Virus record (IMG/VR): IMGVR_UViG_3300023202_000142
Span: 32,001-96,000 of that record
Strand: one strand, 5' to 3'
Length of the DNA stretch: 64,000 nt
Source: a virus
This document shows, piece by piece, positions 51,459-59,767 of the stretch. The position numbers and the translations under genes are program-made. The notes under the pieces are model-generated. The model searched no databases. It was not told the origin of the DNA and was given only the letters and a program-made list of their open reading frames with translations. How positions within the stretch are numbered: the first letter of the stretch is position 1; the number at the start of each line of letters is the position of its first letter.

Positions 51459-51707
51459 ATGAGTGAGCAGATGTCCGAAGATGTGAGTCGTGCCGCAGGT
51501 CACCTCGAAAAGGTGAAGTACGCGACAAAGAACCTGGAGAACGAACTCCGAAACATCGATCGCGGTCGTAACGTGCAGCGGCACAAGCGTAATGCGATGA
51601 GCTTCGCCAGGGAGATCATTCAGAACGCCGAAAAAACGCTGACTGAAGTGGGTGGCATCCAGGAGGAGTCCACGGCGATCTCTCGCATCGATGATTTCCT
51701 TGGCTAG
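51459..51707 (+). CDS. coiled-coil protein with C-terminal tag (ISRIDDFLG)
   Basis: ATG 51459 behind GGAG. Confidence 0.65.
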   Translation: MSEQMSEDVSRAAGHLEKVKYATKNLENELRNIDRGRNVQRHKRNAMSFAREIIQNAEKTLTEVGGIQEESTAISRIDDFLG

Positions 51708-51761
51708 AAAGCCCCGATCTGGGGTGCTACGATAGGGCAATGACGACCTGAGCGGGGCCCT

Positions 51762-52166
51762 ATGTACGCATTTCAAAGAAAGATTGTACACCTCTCCTCG
51801 TCACCACCCAGTCGCGCGATGCGCAAAATGGGGGTGTACGAATTACCGACAGTTCAGCTCCTCGACCTCCAGGAGTGCATGAAGTTCATCTCAGCGCCCT
51901 CCCGCGATGAGATCGAAAGGCGTGCGAAGCATATCGCAGCTATCGCTGAGGAGTCCGGCGCCCACAAGGCGGTGATCGATGTCCCGGCCTTCATGGTTTC
52001 AGCCGTTGAAGAGGCGCTGGCCCGACGAAACATTGCTGTCGTCTACCCCTGGGGCAAGGTCTGCAGGTATCTTGTCGAGACCCCCGTTGAAGACGTCTAC
52101 GAAGCAAAATGTCGATTCGATGTCACTGACCTCATCGAGACTGGCGTGAAAATCGTTGCTGGCTGA
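51762..52166 (+). CDS. hypothetical protein
   Basis: 134 aa ORF. Confidence 0.6.
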   Translation: MYAFQRKIVHLSSSPPSRAMRKMGVYELPTVQLLDLQECMKFISAPSRDEIERRAKHIAAIAEESGAHKAVIDVPAFMVSAVEEALARRNIAVVYPWGKVCRYLVETPVEDVYEAKCRFDVTDLIETGVKIVAG

Positions 52167-52169
52167 TAC

Positions 52170-53072
52170 TTGATTCGACTGGAGTCGATCATGCACGAGC
52201 GCAACGAACTCATCATCTCTCTATTTCGAAAGCACCTCGGAGGCTTCGAGGTCTACGAGAAGCAGGACGTCTGGCACCAGCGCCTCCTCGGCGTTGTGAT
52301 GTTCTGGATGTGGGGCTACGAGAAAGACGAAAGCATCAGTCTCGGTCGTGCCGTTGTGAACGTCCTTTTGCCGCTGCTTGCGGTTGGCTCGATCGCCGGC
52401 TCCATCATTGGGGGCTACGAAGGGTTTCTCTTCGGCCACACCCTGACAGGATTAGCAATTGGAGCGTCATTGGGCGCGATCGCCTCACTGTCGTTTGCAG
52501 TCTTTCAGATAGCGAAGGGCGCCCGGCGCATCGAGCGTCGATACATGACCGATTTCATCAGCTTCGTCGGCAAGGCGTTGTTTGTTCCCGACATGGACAG
52601 ACTTGAAGCGTATTCGTTTTGGCGCGTGCTGGCGCACGAGTTCGTGCACGGCTGGGATGCCAAAGAGAAACCATTAATGTCATTCCAGTTGGGCTACGTT
52701 GTGCCACAGGTTCTGGCATTCCTGGCCCTTTTGGCTATCGGAAAGATCTGGGTGCCGTGGATGGCGTGGTTCGGCATCTGTCAGGTGTTCTTGCTGCCAC
52801 TACCCGCGCCTGTGCGCGCGTGGGCTGAAAAACGTGGGTACACCATGACGCTTGCCGCTTCGATCTGGGACGGCTGGAGCGACGAGAATGTTGAACGCCG
52901 CATCGAGGGCATCACACAAAACTTCACCAGCGGTGACTATTACTGGATGTGGCCATTTCGGTCTCGGGTCACAGGGTGGTTCACTGAGGCAGTGGAAGAC
53001 ATCAAAAGTGGGGCGATTCTCGATGATGAACCGTTCCGTATCGTTCACGACGCCATAGAGGTTCAGGGATGA
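52170..53072 (+). CDS. membrane protein with HExxH motif
   Basis: about 4 hydrophobic segments; AHEFVH. Confidence 0.65.
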   Translation: MIRLESIMHERNELIISLFRKHLGGFEVYEKQDVWHQRLLGVVMFWMWGYEKDESISLGRAVVNVLLPLLAVGSIAGSIIGGYEGFLFGHTLTGLAIGASLGAIASLSFAVFQIAKGARRIERRYMTDFISFVGKALFVPDMDRLEAYSFWRVLAHEFVHGWDAKEKPLMSFQLGYVVPQVLAFLALLAIGKIWVPWMAWFGICQVFLLPLPAPVRAWAEKRGYTMTLAASIWDGWSDENVERRIEGITQNFTSGDYYWMWPFRSRVTGWFTEAVEDIKSGAILDDEPFRIVHDAIEVQG

Positions 53073-53485
53073 AGGACTGGTTCAAAGGGGTTTTCGGGAT
53101 GTCAGCGGTTGCTGACGACAGCCAACGACCGACACGCGAACGACAGTCGACTCGGGAACTCAATGCTCAGAGTTTCGCGCGCCAAGAGCGCGCCAAGACC
53201 AGAGTCGAAAAGGTCGACAGGTTGATCGGTGAGCTGGCTGATGAGCCGTCGGAACCCCTTCAGGCAGACCCCAAGATCCTGTTTCCTGAGTCACCCCCCG
53301 ACCTCAATGTTGCGGTAATGCCGCAGAGATCACTTCGAGCCCGGCGAATGGAGACTGACTTCGTCGTTCGAACGAAAGCGAGAGCTGTCGTCCAGGGAGA
53401 GGCTGGAGACTGGCTCGTCGAGTACCCCGGGGGTGATCTGTCCGTCTACACCAACGAAGAGTTCAGAGCGGCGTTCAGGCCGTGA
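53069..53485 (+). CDS. hypothetical protein
   Basis: C-terminal G..GDWLV.YP.G....Y..EEF...F motif. Confidence 0.65.
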   Translation: MKDWFKGVFGMSAVADDSQRPTRERQSTRELNAQSFARQERAKTRVEKVDRLIGELADEPSEPLQADPKILFPESPPDLNVAVMPQRSLRARRMETDFVVRTKARAVVQGEAGDWLVEYPGGDLSVYTNEEFRAAFRP

Positions 53486-53596
53486 GAACCGATCCCTTGA
53501 CATCCTGATGACCGAGTCTCACTCTGCTTCGCACTTCTGAGATTTGGTCCTGCTGGATGATCCCAAGAAAAAGAACAACCCGAAAGCGACTCAGTT

Positions 53597-54904
53597 GTGG
53601 GACCAGATCGCTTCCGGGTCATTCAAGGAGACACCCGTATGTATCTCTCGGTGGAGGAATATGATGCCTGGGCTCTGCAAAAGCAAGGGCTTTCTTCGGT
53701 ATCACACATCCGATTCTTGCACATCGTAACTCGCGTGATGTTCGGTCACGGCGTCTGCACCCTTGGCGCCAGCGAGATCGAACGGCGCGCAAAGATCTCG
53801 TCGAGGACCCGTCTGAGGGTCATGAAGCAACTCGAAGAGGCCGGGGTGATCACGGTCAACACCGTGGTAACCAGCACCAATTCAGTTCGTCACGAGATTC
53901 GTCGCACGCCAATCACGACCGATGACCTCCAGGAGTTCGCTCAGGAGCGTTTCGCGCCTGGACTGGATAATTCGCTCCAGTTCCGCCTCAAGACCGGTGA
54001 GGTCCTCCCCGCGTTGCACGAATCGTTCTTTACCGACGACGTCGGTAGCCAGCTCGTGTTCGTGGAGGGTGAACCCAGGTTCGTCGCCAATGTTGGCGAC
54101 TCGCCAGATCTGTCGACTGAACCGCCCGCCAGATCTGGCGGCCATAATAGAATACAAGAACAACAAACCAACCAACCCACCGCGCGGCCGCGGGCCTCGG
54201 CTTCGCAAAGCTCAGCCTCGGACCCGCGTCTCGTCGCGAAATCCCCTGCCGGGGGCTCTGGGTCAGAGGCCAGGGTCAAGGACCCCGTCGCCTACGGCTC
54301 CGGGCGCCAGAGACTCGGCGAGGCCGAGTCTCTGCCCGTTGGTCGTTTGGTCGACGTGGTTCTTGCTGCCCTGACTCCGCGGTTTGAGTCTCTGGAGCGG
54401 GCGTTGGGTCTGAGGTCTACGACCAACTCCGATCCCGACTCTCCCAGGCCCCCCAAGCCCCCCACTGAGCCGATTGACGACGTCAGTGAGGAGGATGCGG
54501 ACACGCTGTTGCGGTTACAGCAGTTGGTGATGTCTCTGGCTGTCGCCGAGGGTGTTGAGGACGAGGTCAAGCCGATCTCGAAGCGTGCGGCGCCGAAGAT
54601 CCTGAAGGCGGTGAGGAAGGTCGGCGGGGTTAACCATGCCGAGGACTATCTGAGGTACGTCTTCAGCAAGGATCTCGGGTGGTTCGCCAACTTCTGCTGG
54701 AAGGACAGGGACGTCTACGCGTTGTTGTGCAACGGAGCGATCAAGGAATGGCGCATCGAGTCCGGCAGGACCCGGGAGACCGAACTGAAAACCGAGAAGA
54801 AACACCGTCGCAAGCGCGGTCGTCAGACCGGGCGTGATCGGCTTCGGGACCGCGAGTGGCAAAAGGACGATCCGACCCAGATGGGGGAGGTCGGTGAATG
54901 GTGA
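53597..54904 (+). CDS. N-terminal winged-helix protein, replication-initiator-like
   Basis: ASEIERRAKISSRTRLRVMKQLEEAGVI; low-complexity linker; promoter TTGACA at 53498. Confidence 0.6.
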   Translation: MGPDRFRVIQGDTRMYLSVEEYDAWALQKQGLSSVSHIRFLHIVTRVMFGHGVCTLGASEIERRAKISSRTRLRVMKQLEEAGVITVNTVVTSTNSVRHEIRRTPITTDDLQEFAQERFAPGLDNSLQFRLKTGEVLPALHESFFTDDVGSQLVFVEGEPRFVANVGDSPDLSTEPPARSGGHNRIQEQQTNQPTARPRASASQSSASDPRLVAKSPAGGSGSEARVKDPVAYGSGRQRLGEAESLPVGRLVDVVLAALTPRFESLERALGLRSTTNSDPDSPRPPKPPTEPIDDVSEEDADTLLRLQQLVMSLAVAEGVEDEVKPISKRAAPKILKAVRKVGGVNHAEDYLRYVFSKDLGWFANFCWKDRDVYALLCNGAIKEWRIESGRTRETELKTEKKHRRKRGRQTGRDRLRDREWQKDDPTQMGEVGEW

Positions 54905-55620
54905 GGGCGACTTTCAAGCGGGTTGAGAGGTTTGACCCGAACCCGAACCGAAACTGGAAGTGGACGCCGACGATGCTTGGTCTGATCCTTGGAGCTGGTG
55001 CCAGCGCTAGGGCGAAACTGCCCGACATGTACCGCAGGATGTCGTTTCGTCAGACAGACGATGTCATTGACGCGACGGTGTTTGGCAATACCGGCGAGTA
55101 CCAGGTCTGGATTAACCTCAACACGGCTCAGCAGCACTGTGACTGCCCCAGCTTTCAGCATCGCGATGGACCGTGCAAGCACATCGCTGCGGTCGCCGCG
55201 GTGCTTATCGGGGAGCGCGAGAGCGGCGGTCCGAACTGGTGGGTCAGGTTGGCTGTTCTCGATGATCGCAACAGCGGTCGCCAGTTCAAGCGCTGGGAGT
55301 TCCGACCGGAGCCTTCCGAGGAGGTTGCGAGGCGCTACGATGCGAAGGTGTGGAGTCGTCATGCCGGCCATGTCGTCGTGAAAGGCTATGTTGTCGAGGA
55401 CAAGGTCTGGACGGGTGAACTACCGCTGCCGGCGATCGATGACCGTGTTGTTGCGTATTTGCCGACCGGAGAGCAGGTCCCTGGGTGTATCGTGCGTCGG
55501 TTCGATCGTGATCCTACGTACCACGCCTACAACGTCACGTTGGACTGGACGCCTGAAGGCTACGACAGTCCTGACGTCGTTTTGTTCGGTTCTGAAATCC
55601 TCCAGAGTGACAACTTGTGA
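54898..55620 (+). CDS. SWIM zinc-finger protein
   Basis: YQV...CDCPSF......CKHIAAV. Confidence 0.8.
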   Translation: MVRATFKRVERFDPNPNRNWKWTPTMLGLILGAGASARAKLPDMYRRMSFRQTDDVIDATVFGNTGEYQVWINLNTAQQHCDCPSFQHRDGPCKHIAAVAAVLIGERESGGPNWWVRLAVLDDRNSGRQFKRWEFRPEPSEEVARRYDAKVWSRHAGHVVVKGYVVEDKVWTGELPLPAIDDRVVAYLPTGEQVPGCIVRRFDRDPTYHAYNVTLDWTPEGYDSPDVVLFGSEILQSDNL

Positions 55621-55643
55621 AACCTGTGCACAGGTGCTAGCTT
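55615..55643 (+). promoter_or_regulatory. promoter TTGTGA-N17-TAGCTT with operator 55616-55632 over the -35
   Basis: TGTGAAACCTGTGCACA. Confidence 0.65.
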
Positions 55644-55662
55644 CGCTGGTCAGGAGGTTGAA

Positions 55663-57132
55663 ATGGAACTGATTAAGGAAACCTTCAAGGGCGTTGAGAT
55701 CGAGGTAGAGCCTGATGGTTCGTTTCGCTGTCTCGGCCCTGATGGCTGGAAGATGGAGGGTGTCGAACCCCTTGGTCCGACCGAGGCACTTCGGGAGGCC
55801 AGGGTGTTGGCTTCACGGAGGGCGGACAAGGTGGAAGCCGCTGGGGCTGGGTTCGCATTTGAGTGGAATGACGAGCAGCTCGCAGCGATCGAAGCGATGA
55901 TCGACTGGTGGAATAACGGCTCGGAGTCGTTCTTTGGCCTCTTCGGTTACGCCGGGACCGGTAAAACATCGGTGGTTCAGGAGGTCTGTTCGAGGTTGGG
56001 CAGGTCGCAGTTCAATACTGCGATGGCGGCGCCGACGCACAAGGCGGTTGGTGTGCTTGCGCACACGTCTGCATCTCATGGCAGCTCCAGGTACCACTAT
56101 GCCACGCTCCATTCGCTTCTGAAGTTGCGCCCTCAGAAGGTTGAGGGTCGACAGGTGTTTCGTCGTGACCGACCAGACACAACTGCGCCGATCCAGAACT
56201 ATACGCTGGTCGTGCTTGACGAGTGCTCCATGGTCGACGAGGACCTCTGGAAGTACTTGAATGACGAGGTCCAGGAATCGATCTCGCAGATGTTTCAGGC
56301 GCCGATTCGTGTTGTCGTGATGGGGGATCCGCTGCAACTCCCGCCAGTCAACGACACTGGCGATGAGTCGCCGACCTTTGGTGTCGAGTCTCAGGTCACA
56401 CTGTCGGAGGTGATGCGATACGCCGGTGCGGTTGGTGAGGCGGTTGACGAAATCCGCGACAACATCAACTCGCCGAAGCCGTTGATTCCTGGCGATGCCT
56501 CGGACAGTTATGGTCAAATCGTGAACTACGATGCCCGTAACCGCTGGATGGACGACCTCATTGAGAACGCGCGTGTCGACCATTCTGTGAAAGCGTTGGC
56601 GTGGACGAACCGCTCAGTGAACAAAATCAACCGTGATGTTCGCCAGGCGATCTGGGGTCAGGATGTAGATGCGTTTGTCGCGGGCGAGCGCCTGGTCGCT
56701 GTTGAGGCATATGTTCAGCACAACAACGTCGTGCTGCAGACCGAGGCGGAGATCGAGGTTATCGATGCCCAGCAGGACCAGTTTGGCGGGATGGACTGCT
56801 GGGTGTTGCGGGTCTCAAATCTTCACACCGGCGAGGAGGTCAAGGTCTGGACGCTGGAGTCCAGGCAGCGACATGCCCTGGATCGCCAGCTCAAGCGTCT
56901 GGCGAGGGCCAAGAAGTGGGGTGAGTTCTGGCCGCTCAAAGAGAAGTTCGCGGTGTTGCGCCCGCCCTATGCGACGACGGTTCACAAGTCTCAGGGCTCC
57001 ACGTATCGCCAGGTGTATGTCTTACAGTCTGACATCGGCCGGGCAGGTCGCAGGGACAGCTTTCTGCGTAACCGTCTGATGTACGTGGCCTATTCGCGCA
57101 CGTCGAATGGGCTCATGATTTGTCACGACTGA
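55663..57132 (+). CDS. Dda/RecD2-like SF1 DNA helicase
   Basis: GYAGTGKT, APTHKA, DECSMV, GDPLQLPPV, YATTVHKSQGSTY, YVAYSR. Confidence 0.93.
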   Translation: MELIKETFKGVEIEVEPDGSFRCLGPDGWKMEGVEPLGPTEALREARVLASRRADKVEAAGAGFAFEWNDEQLAAIEAMIDWWNNGSESFFGLFGYAGTGKTSVVQEVCSRLGRSQFNTAMAAPTHKAVGVLAHTSASHGSSRYHYATLHSLLKLRPQKVEGRQVFRRDRPDTTAPIQNYTLVVLDECSMVDEDLWKYLNDEVQESISQMFQAPIRVVVMGDPLQLPPVNDTGDESPTFGVESQVTLSEVMRYAGAVGEAVDEIRDNINSPKPLIPGDASDSYGQIVNYDARNRWMDDLIENARVDHSVKALAWTNRSVNKINRDVRQAIWGQDVDAFVAGERLVAVEAYVQHNNVVLQTEAEIEVIDAQQDQFGGMDCWVLRVSNLHTGEEVKVWTLESRQRHALDRQLKRLARAKKWGEFWPLKEKFAVLRPPYATTVHKSQGSTYRQVYVLQSDIGRAGRRDSFLRNRLMYVAYSRTSNGLMICHD

Positions 57133-57159
57133 AATGGTGAAGGCTGTGCACTTTTTACC

Positions 57160-57188
57160 TTGACGGTTGTGAAGCTCGTGCATAAGGT
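57160..57188 (+). promoter_or_regulatory. promoter TTGACG-N17-TAAGGT with operator 57168-57184; extra half-site 57145-57152
   Basis: direct motif reading. Confidence 0.75.
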
Positions 57189-57194
57189 CTCAGT

Positions 57195-57496
57195 AACGGA
57201 CAGGGACTCAACGCTTCCCATCCTGTCCGGGTTTTGGCCCTTCGGGGCATCGAGTCAGGAGTTGCGTATCTGCGGGAAGAAATGATGAGAGTCTGTAGAG
57301 GGTTAAATCGCTGCATCTTTTCCTTCCGGCCAGCCTTGGCCTTAAAGGGTGCGATGCTACCTCCCCCTTGAAGATCAGACTGGAGTCTCAGGAGCAGCTC
57401 GCCCCTGGACAGGGCCGGACTAACGGGTAGGGGTATCCGCCGTCCCGCGAGCAAACTAGACCCGTCGCCTGCTGGACAGGCGGCGGGTCTTTGTTT
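57195..57496 (+). ncRNA. structured RNA or regulatory leader of about 300 nt ending in an intrinsic terminator
   Basis: several hairpins including C(UUCG)G; 9 GGA motifs; GCTACCTCC at 57356-57364; 29-codon uORF 57282-57371 ending PPP. Confidence 0.55.
57457..57496 (+). terminator. intrinsic terminator
   Basis: AGACCCGTCGCCTG/CAGGCGGCGGGTCT stem plus TTGTTT. Confidence 0.8.
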
Positions 57497-57507
57497 ACAC
57501 ATTTCAC

Positions 57508-58002
57508 ATGAACGTTATCGAGCCAGGTCCGGCGCGAGCGGGTTACATGACCGTGTTTTGCCCGAAGTCGGGCAAACACATTTCGTCGATCCAGTGCGAA
57601 ACGGTCTGTTTCAGCTTTTCGCACTCGTTTGACGCGGCGTGTCGTCATCGTCAGCAGTGTCCGGTGTGGCGTGGCATGGTTGGGATGCGAAACGGTGTGC
57701 TTGAGATGCCCGTGCAGGAGATTACAATGTCAGAAGAACTCACCGAGGCCCAGGAGTCGGCGTTCGATATGCTCGTCGAACTGGGTGGAGACGCGAATTG
57801 GGTGGCCGCGAAGGCGGTCGGCCATCATTCGGCAATCAGGGCGCTGGAGCGTCGGAACGTGATCCAGACCCGTGACATCGACGGAGAGGTTCAGGTCGCC
57901 CTTGCGGGCGTCCTCCTCAACGAGGAGATCGCAGATGCAGCAAGACAAGCAAGAGCAGAAACAGGAGACGCAGGGGCCGACGCCGAAAGTGAAGAGGAGT
58001 AA
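57508..58002 (+). CDS. hypothetical protein
   Basis: Cys-containing N-terminus; wHTH-like C-terminus. Confidence 0.55.
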   Translation: MNVIEPGPARAGYMTVFCPKSGKHISSIQCETVCFSFSHSFDAACRHRQQCPVWRGMVGMRNGVLEMPVQEITMSEELTEAQESAFDMLVELGGDANWVAAKAVGHHSAIRALERRNVIQTRDIDGEVQVALAGVLLNEEIADAARQARAETGDAGADAESEEE

Positions 58003-58058
58003 CACGCTCCTCACCGAGGAGTTGCCGGCCGGTGGTCTGACCCAGGAGGAGTTCAAGC

Positions 58059-58478
58059 ATGTCGGACACAACCTCGCAGAGGTCGACGACGACGAAGACG
58101 AAGACGGCTCCGCGGATTGATCGTGATGCAGCTCGTCGGAAGGAACAGGAGTGGGCCAGGTTGGCTAGCTCCAGGACCGATAGCGAGTTTATGGTTGTCG
58201 AAGATGTCAAGTCTCCCGAGGTCCCGGATCTCAGTGACTGGTCGTCTTCGGGCCATCCCGAGGTCAACGTGCAGGCTACTCGGTTGGAGATGAGGCTGGG
58301 TCATCTGGCTTCGCAGTTGGCTGTATTCTTTTTGCGGTTCCATTGGGTGCCGTTTTTCACGGCTCTTGGCATGTTCTGGGCTCGACGAGCCTTCTGGTTT
58401 ACTGGCGGGGAGATCCCGGTCGGTGACCCATCCCAGGTCAGGGACCACAACTATCTCACCGGGCGTCACAGAAGGTAG
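58059..58478 (+). CDS. hypothetical protein
   Basis: 139 aa ORF; weak SD. Confidence 0.5.
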   Translation: MSDTTSQRSTTTKTKTAPRIDRDAARRKEQEWARLASSRTDSEFMVVEDVKSPEVPDLSDWSSSGHPEVNVQATRLEMRLGHLASQLAVFFLRFHWVPFFTALGMFWARRAFWFTGGEIPVGDPSQVRDHNYLTGRHRR

Positions 58479-58524
58479 TTGCCGACCGCGGGTGCATCCC
58501 TTACGGTAGTGCACTCTCTTCACG

Positions 58525-58815
58525 TTGTCGGAGGCCGTGATGCTGCGCAAACCTCTTGTTGGGGAGATCGTTACGACGCCGGATGGCGACGGTACGGTTG
58601 TGTCCGTTCAGGAGTACCTCGATCAGTCTGAGGCTGGCTCGCAGGAGTTCGAGGCATTTCTCAGGTCCAGGTTGGGCCGAGATTTTGCGCGGCAATATTT
58701 CACGGCCGAGGTCGAGGTGGATGGCGAGGTAAAGGACTTTGAGTGCTGGGAATTGGACTATGATGCCGAACGAGACCCGGAGGAGGCTCCTTGGCGAGCG
58801 CCTCAAGGGGATTGA
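58525..58815 (+). CDS. hypothetical protein
   Basis: GGAGG SD near GTG/ATG. Confidence 0.55.
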   Translation: MSEAVMLRKPLVGEIVTTPDGDGTVVSVQEYLDQSEAGSQEFEAFLRSRLGRDFARQYFTAEVEVDGEVKDFECWELDYDAERDPEEAPWRAPQGD

Positions 58816-59767
58816 GGAGATCGGGGCGAAGGCGTGGATCGTCTACGAGGTGTTGCGGTCGGTGCAGCCGTATCGGGATCTGGACTGGGAGTATCGACCT
58901 GGTGTGGACGTACCGGATGGCGACGCCGTCGTCGCCGAGGTCCAGTTTGAGAGGTTTGTTGGTATGTCTGGTCCCGACGAGGTCGAGTCTCTTGTGAGGG
59001 CGCTTTGCGCGAAGAACCCGGAAGGGTCTTGGGTCTATGACTACGAGGTCACCGATGACTCGGTTGTTGCGGTGGTTGGTGTCTACCAGGAGCCAACCAT
59101 TCGATTCGCAGCGGAACTGTTGGTGCAGGTGCGGCGTTCCCGGGTTGAGCGCGACCTGGGTCCGCCTATTCGGCCGAAGGTCGGCAGTAGCACCCGGGTG
59201 CAGACGGCCAAAGAAATGCGAGAGAAAGCGAAGGCGGAGACTGACGAGAAGCGTGAGAGGAACCGGAAGCGCCGCGAGAGGCGATCGATCAAGAAGACGT
59301 CCAGTAAGGCGGGCACGCGAGGCTCCCGTGCGCGAGGGAAGAGCTGGGTGGACCCCGAGGGTATCGAGGGGGTTAAAGAGGACAAGGAAGGACTGTGGCG
59401 CCTTTATGAGGACCTGTTTGTCGAGCATTTTGGCTATGACCCCGGCGTGTTCAAGAAGGGCGTCCCGACGACGAAGGGCGCCAACCAGCTCGCCGCGGTT
59501 GCCAATGAGTATGGCGTAGATACCGCAATTAAGGCCGTGGCTTACGCGGTCAGGAATTGGGAGGAGTATCAGAAGATCAAGGGCGATGCCCGGACCCCGA
59601 TGCCGAGTGTTCTGTGGGGCATTCGTCATGAACTGTGCCCGCCGATCAAGCAGGGCCTGGACCCCTGGGCTGAGCTGAGGCGACTGAGGAAACGCAAGAC
59701 CGGCAAGGACAAGTTGAAGGATCGCGAGTGGAAGGAAGGCGACGAGGGAGAGATCGGGGAATGGTGA
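58760..59767 (+). CDS. putative replication initiator/helicase-loader partner
   Basis: directly upstream of and coupled to the DnaC-like ATPase. Confidence 0.55.
   Translation: MMPNETRRRLLGERLKGIEEIGAKAWIVYEVLRSVQPYRDLDWEYRPGVDVPDGDAVVAEVQFERFVGMSGPDEVESLVRALCAKNPEGSWVYDYEVTDDSVVAVVGVYQEPTIRFAAELLVQVRRSRVERDLGPPIRPKVGSSTRVQTAKEMREKAKAETDEKRERNRKRRERRSIKKTSSKAGTRGSRARGKSWVDPEGIEGVKEDKEGLWRLYEDLFVEHFGYDPGVFKKGVPTTKGANQLAAVANEYGVDTAIKAVAYAVRNWEEYQKIKGDARTPMPSVLWGIRHELCPPIKQGLDPWAELRRLRKRKTGKDKLKDREWKEGDEGEIGEW

Noticed and set aside
53597-54904. Iteron-containing origin inside the initiator-like gene
   Set aside because: Low-complexity linker seen, but no clear repeated iterons or AT-rich unwinding element by eye.
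57195-57496. tmRNA, RNase P, 6S or known riboswitch identity
   Set aside because: No tRNA-like ends with a TTC loop, no RNase P conserved motifs, no riboswitch consensus that I recognise.
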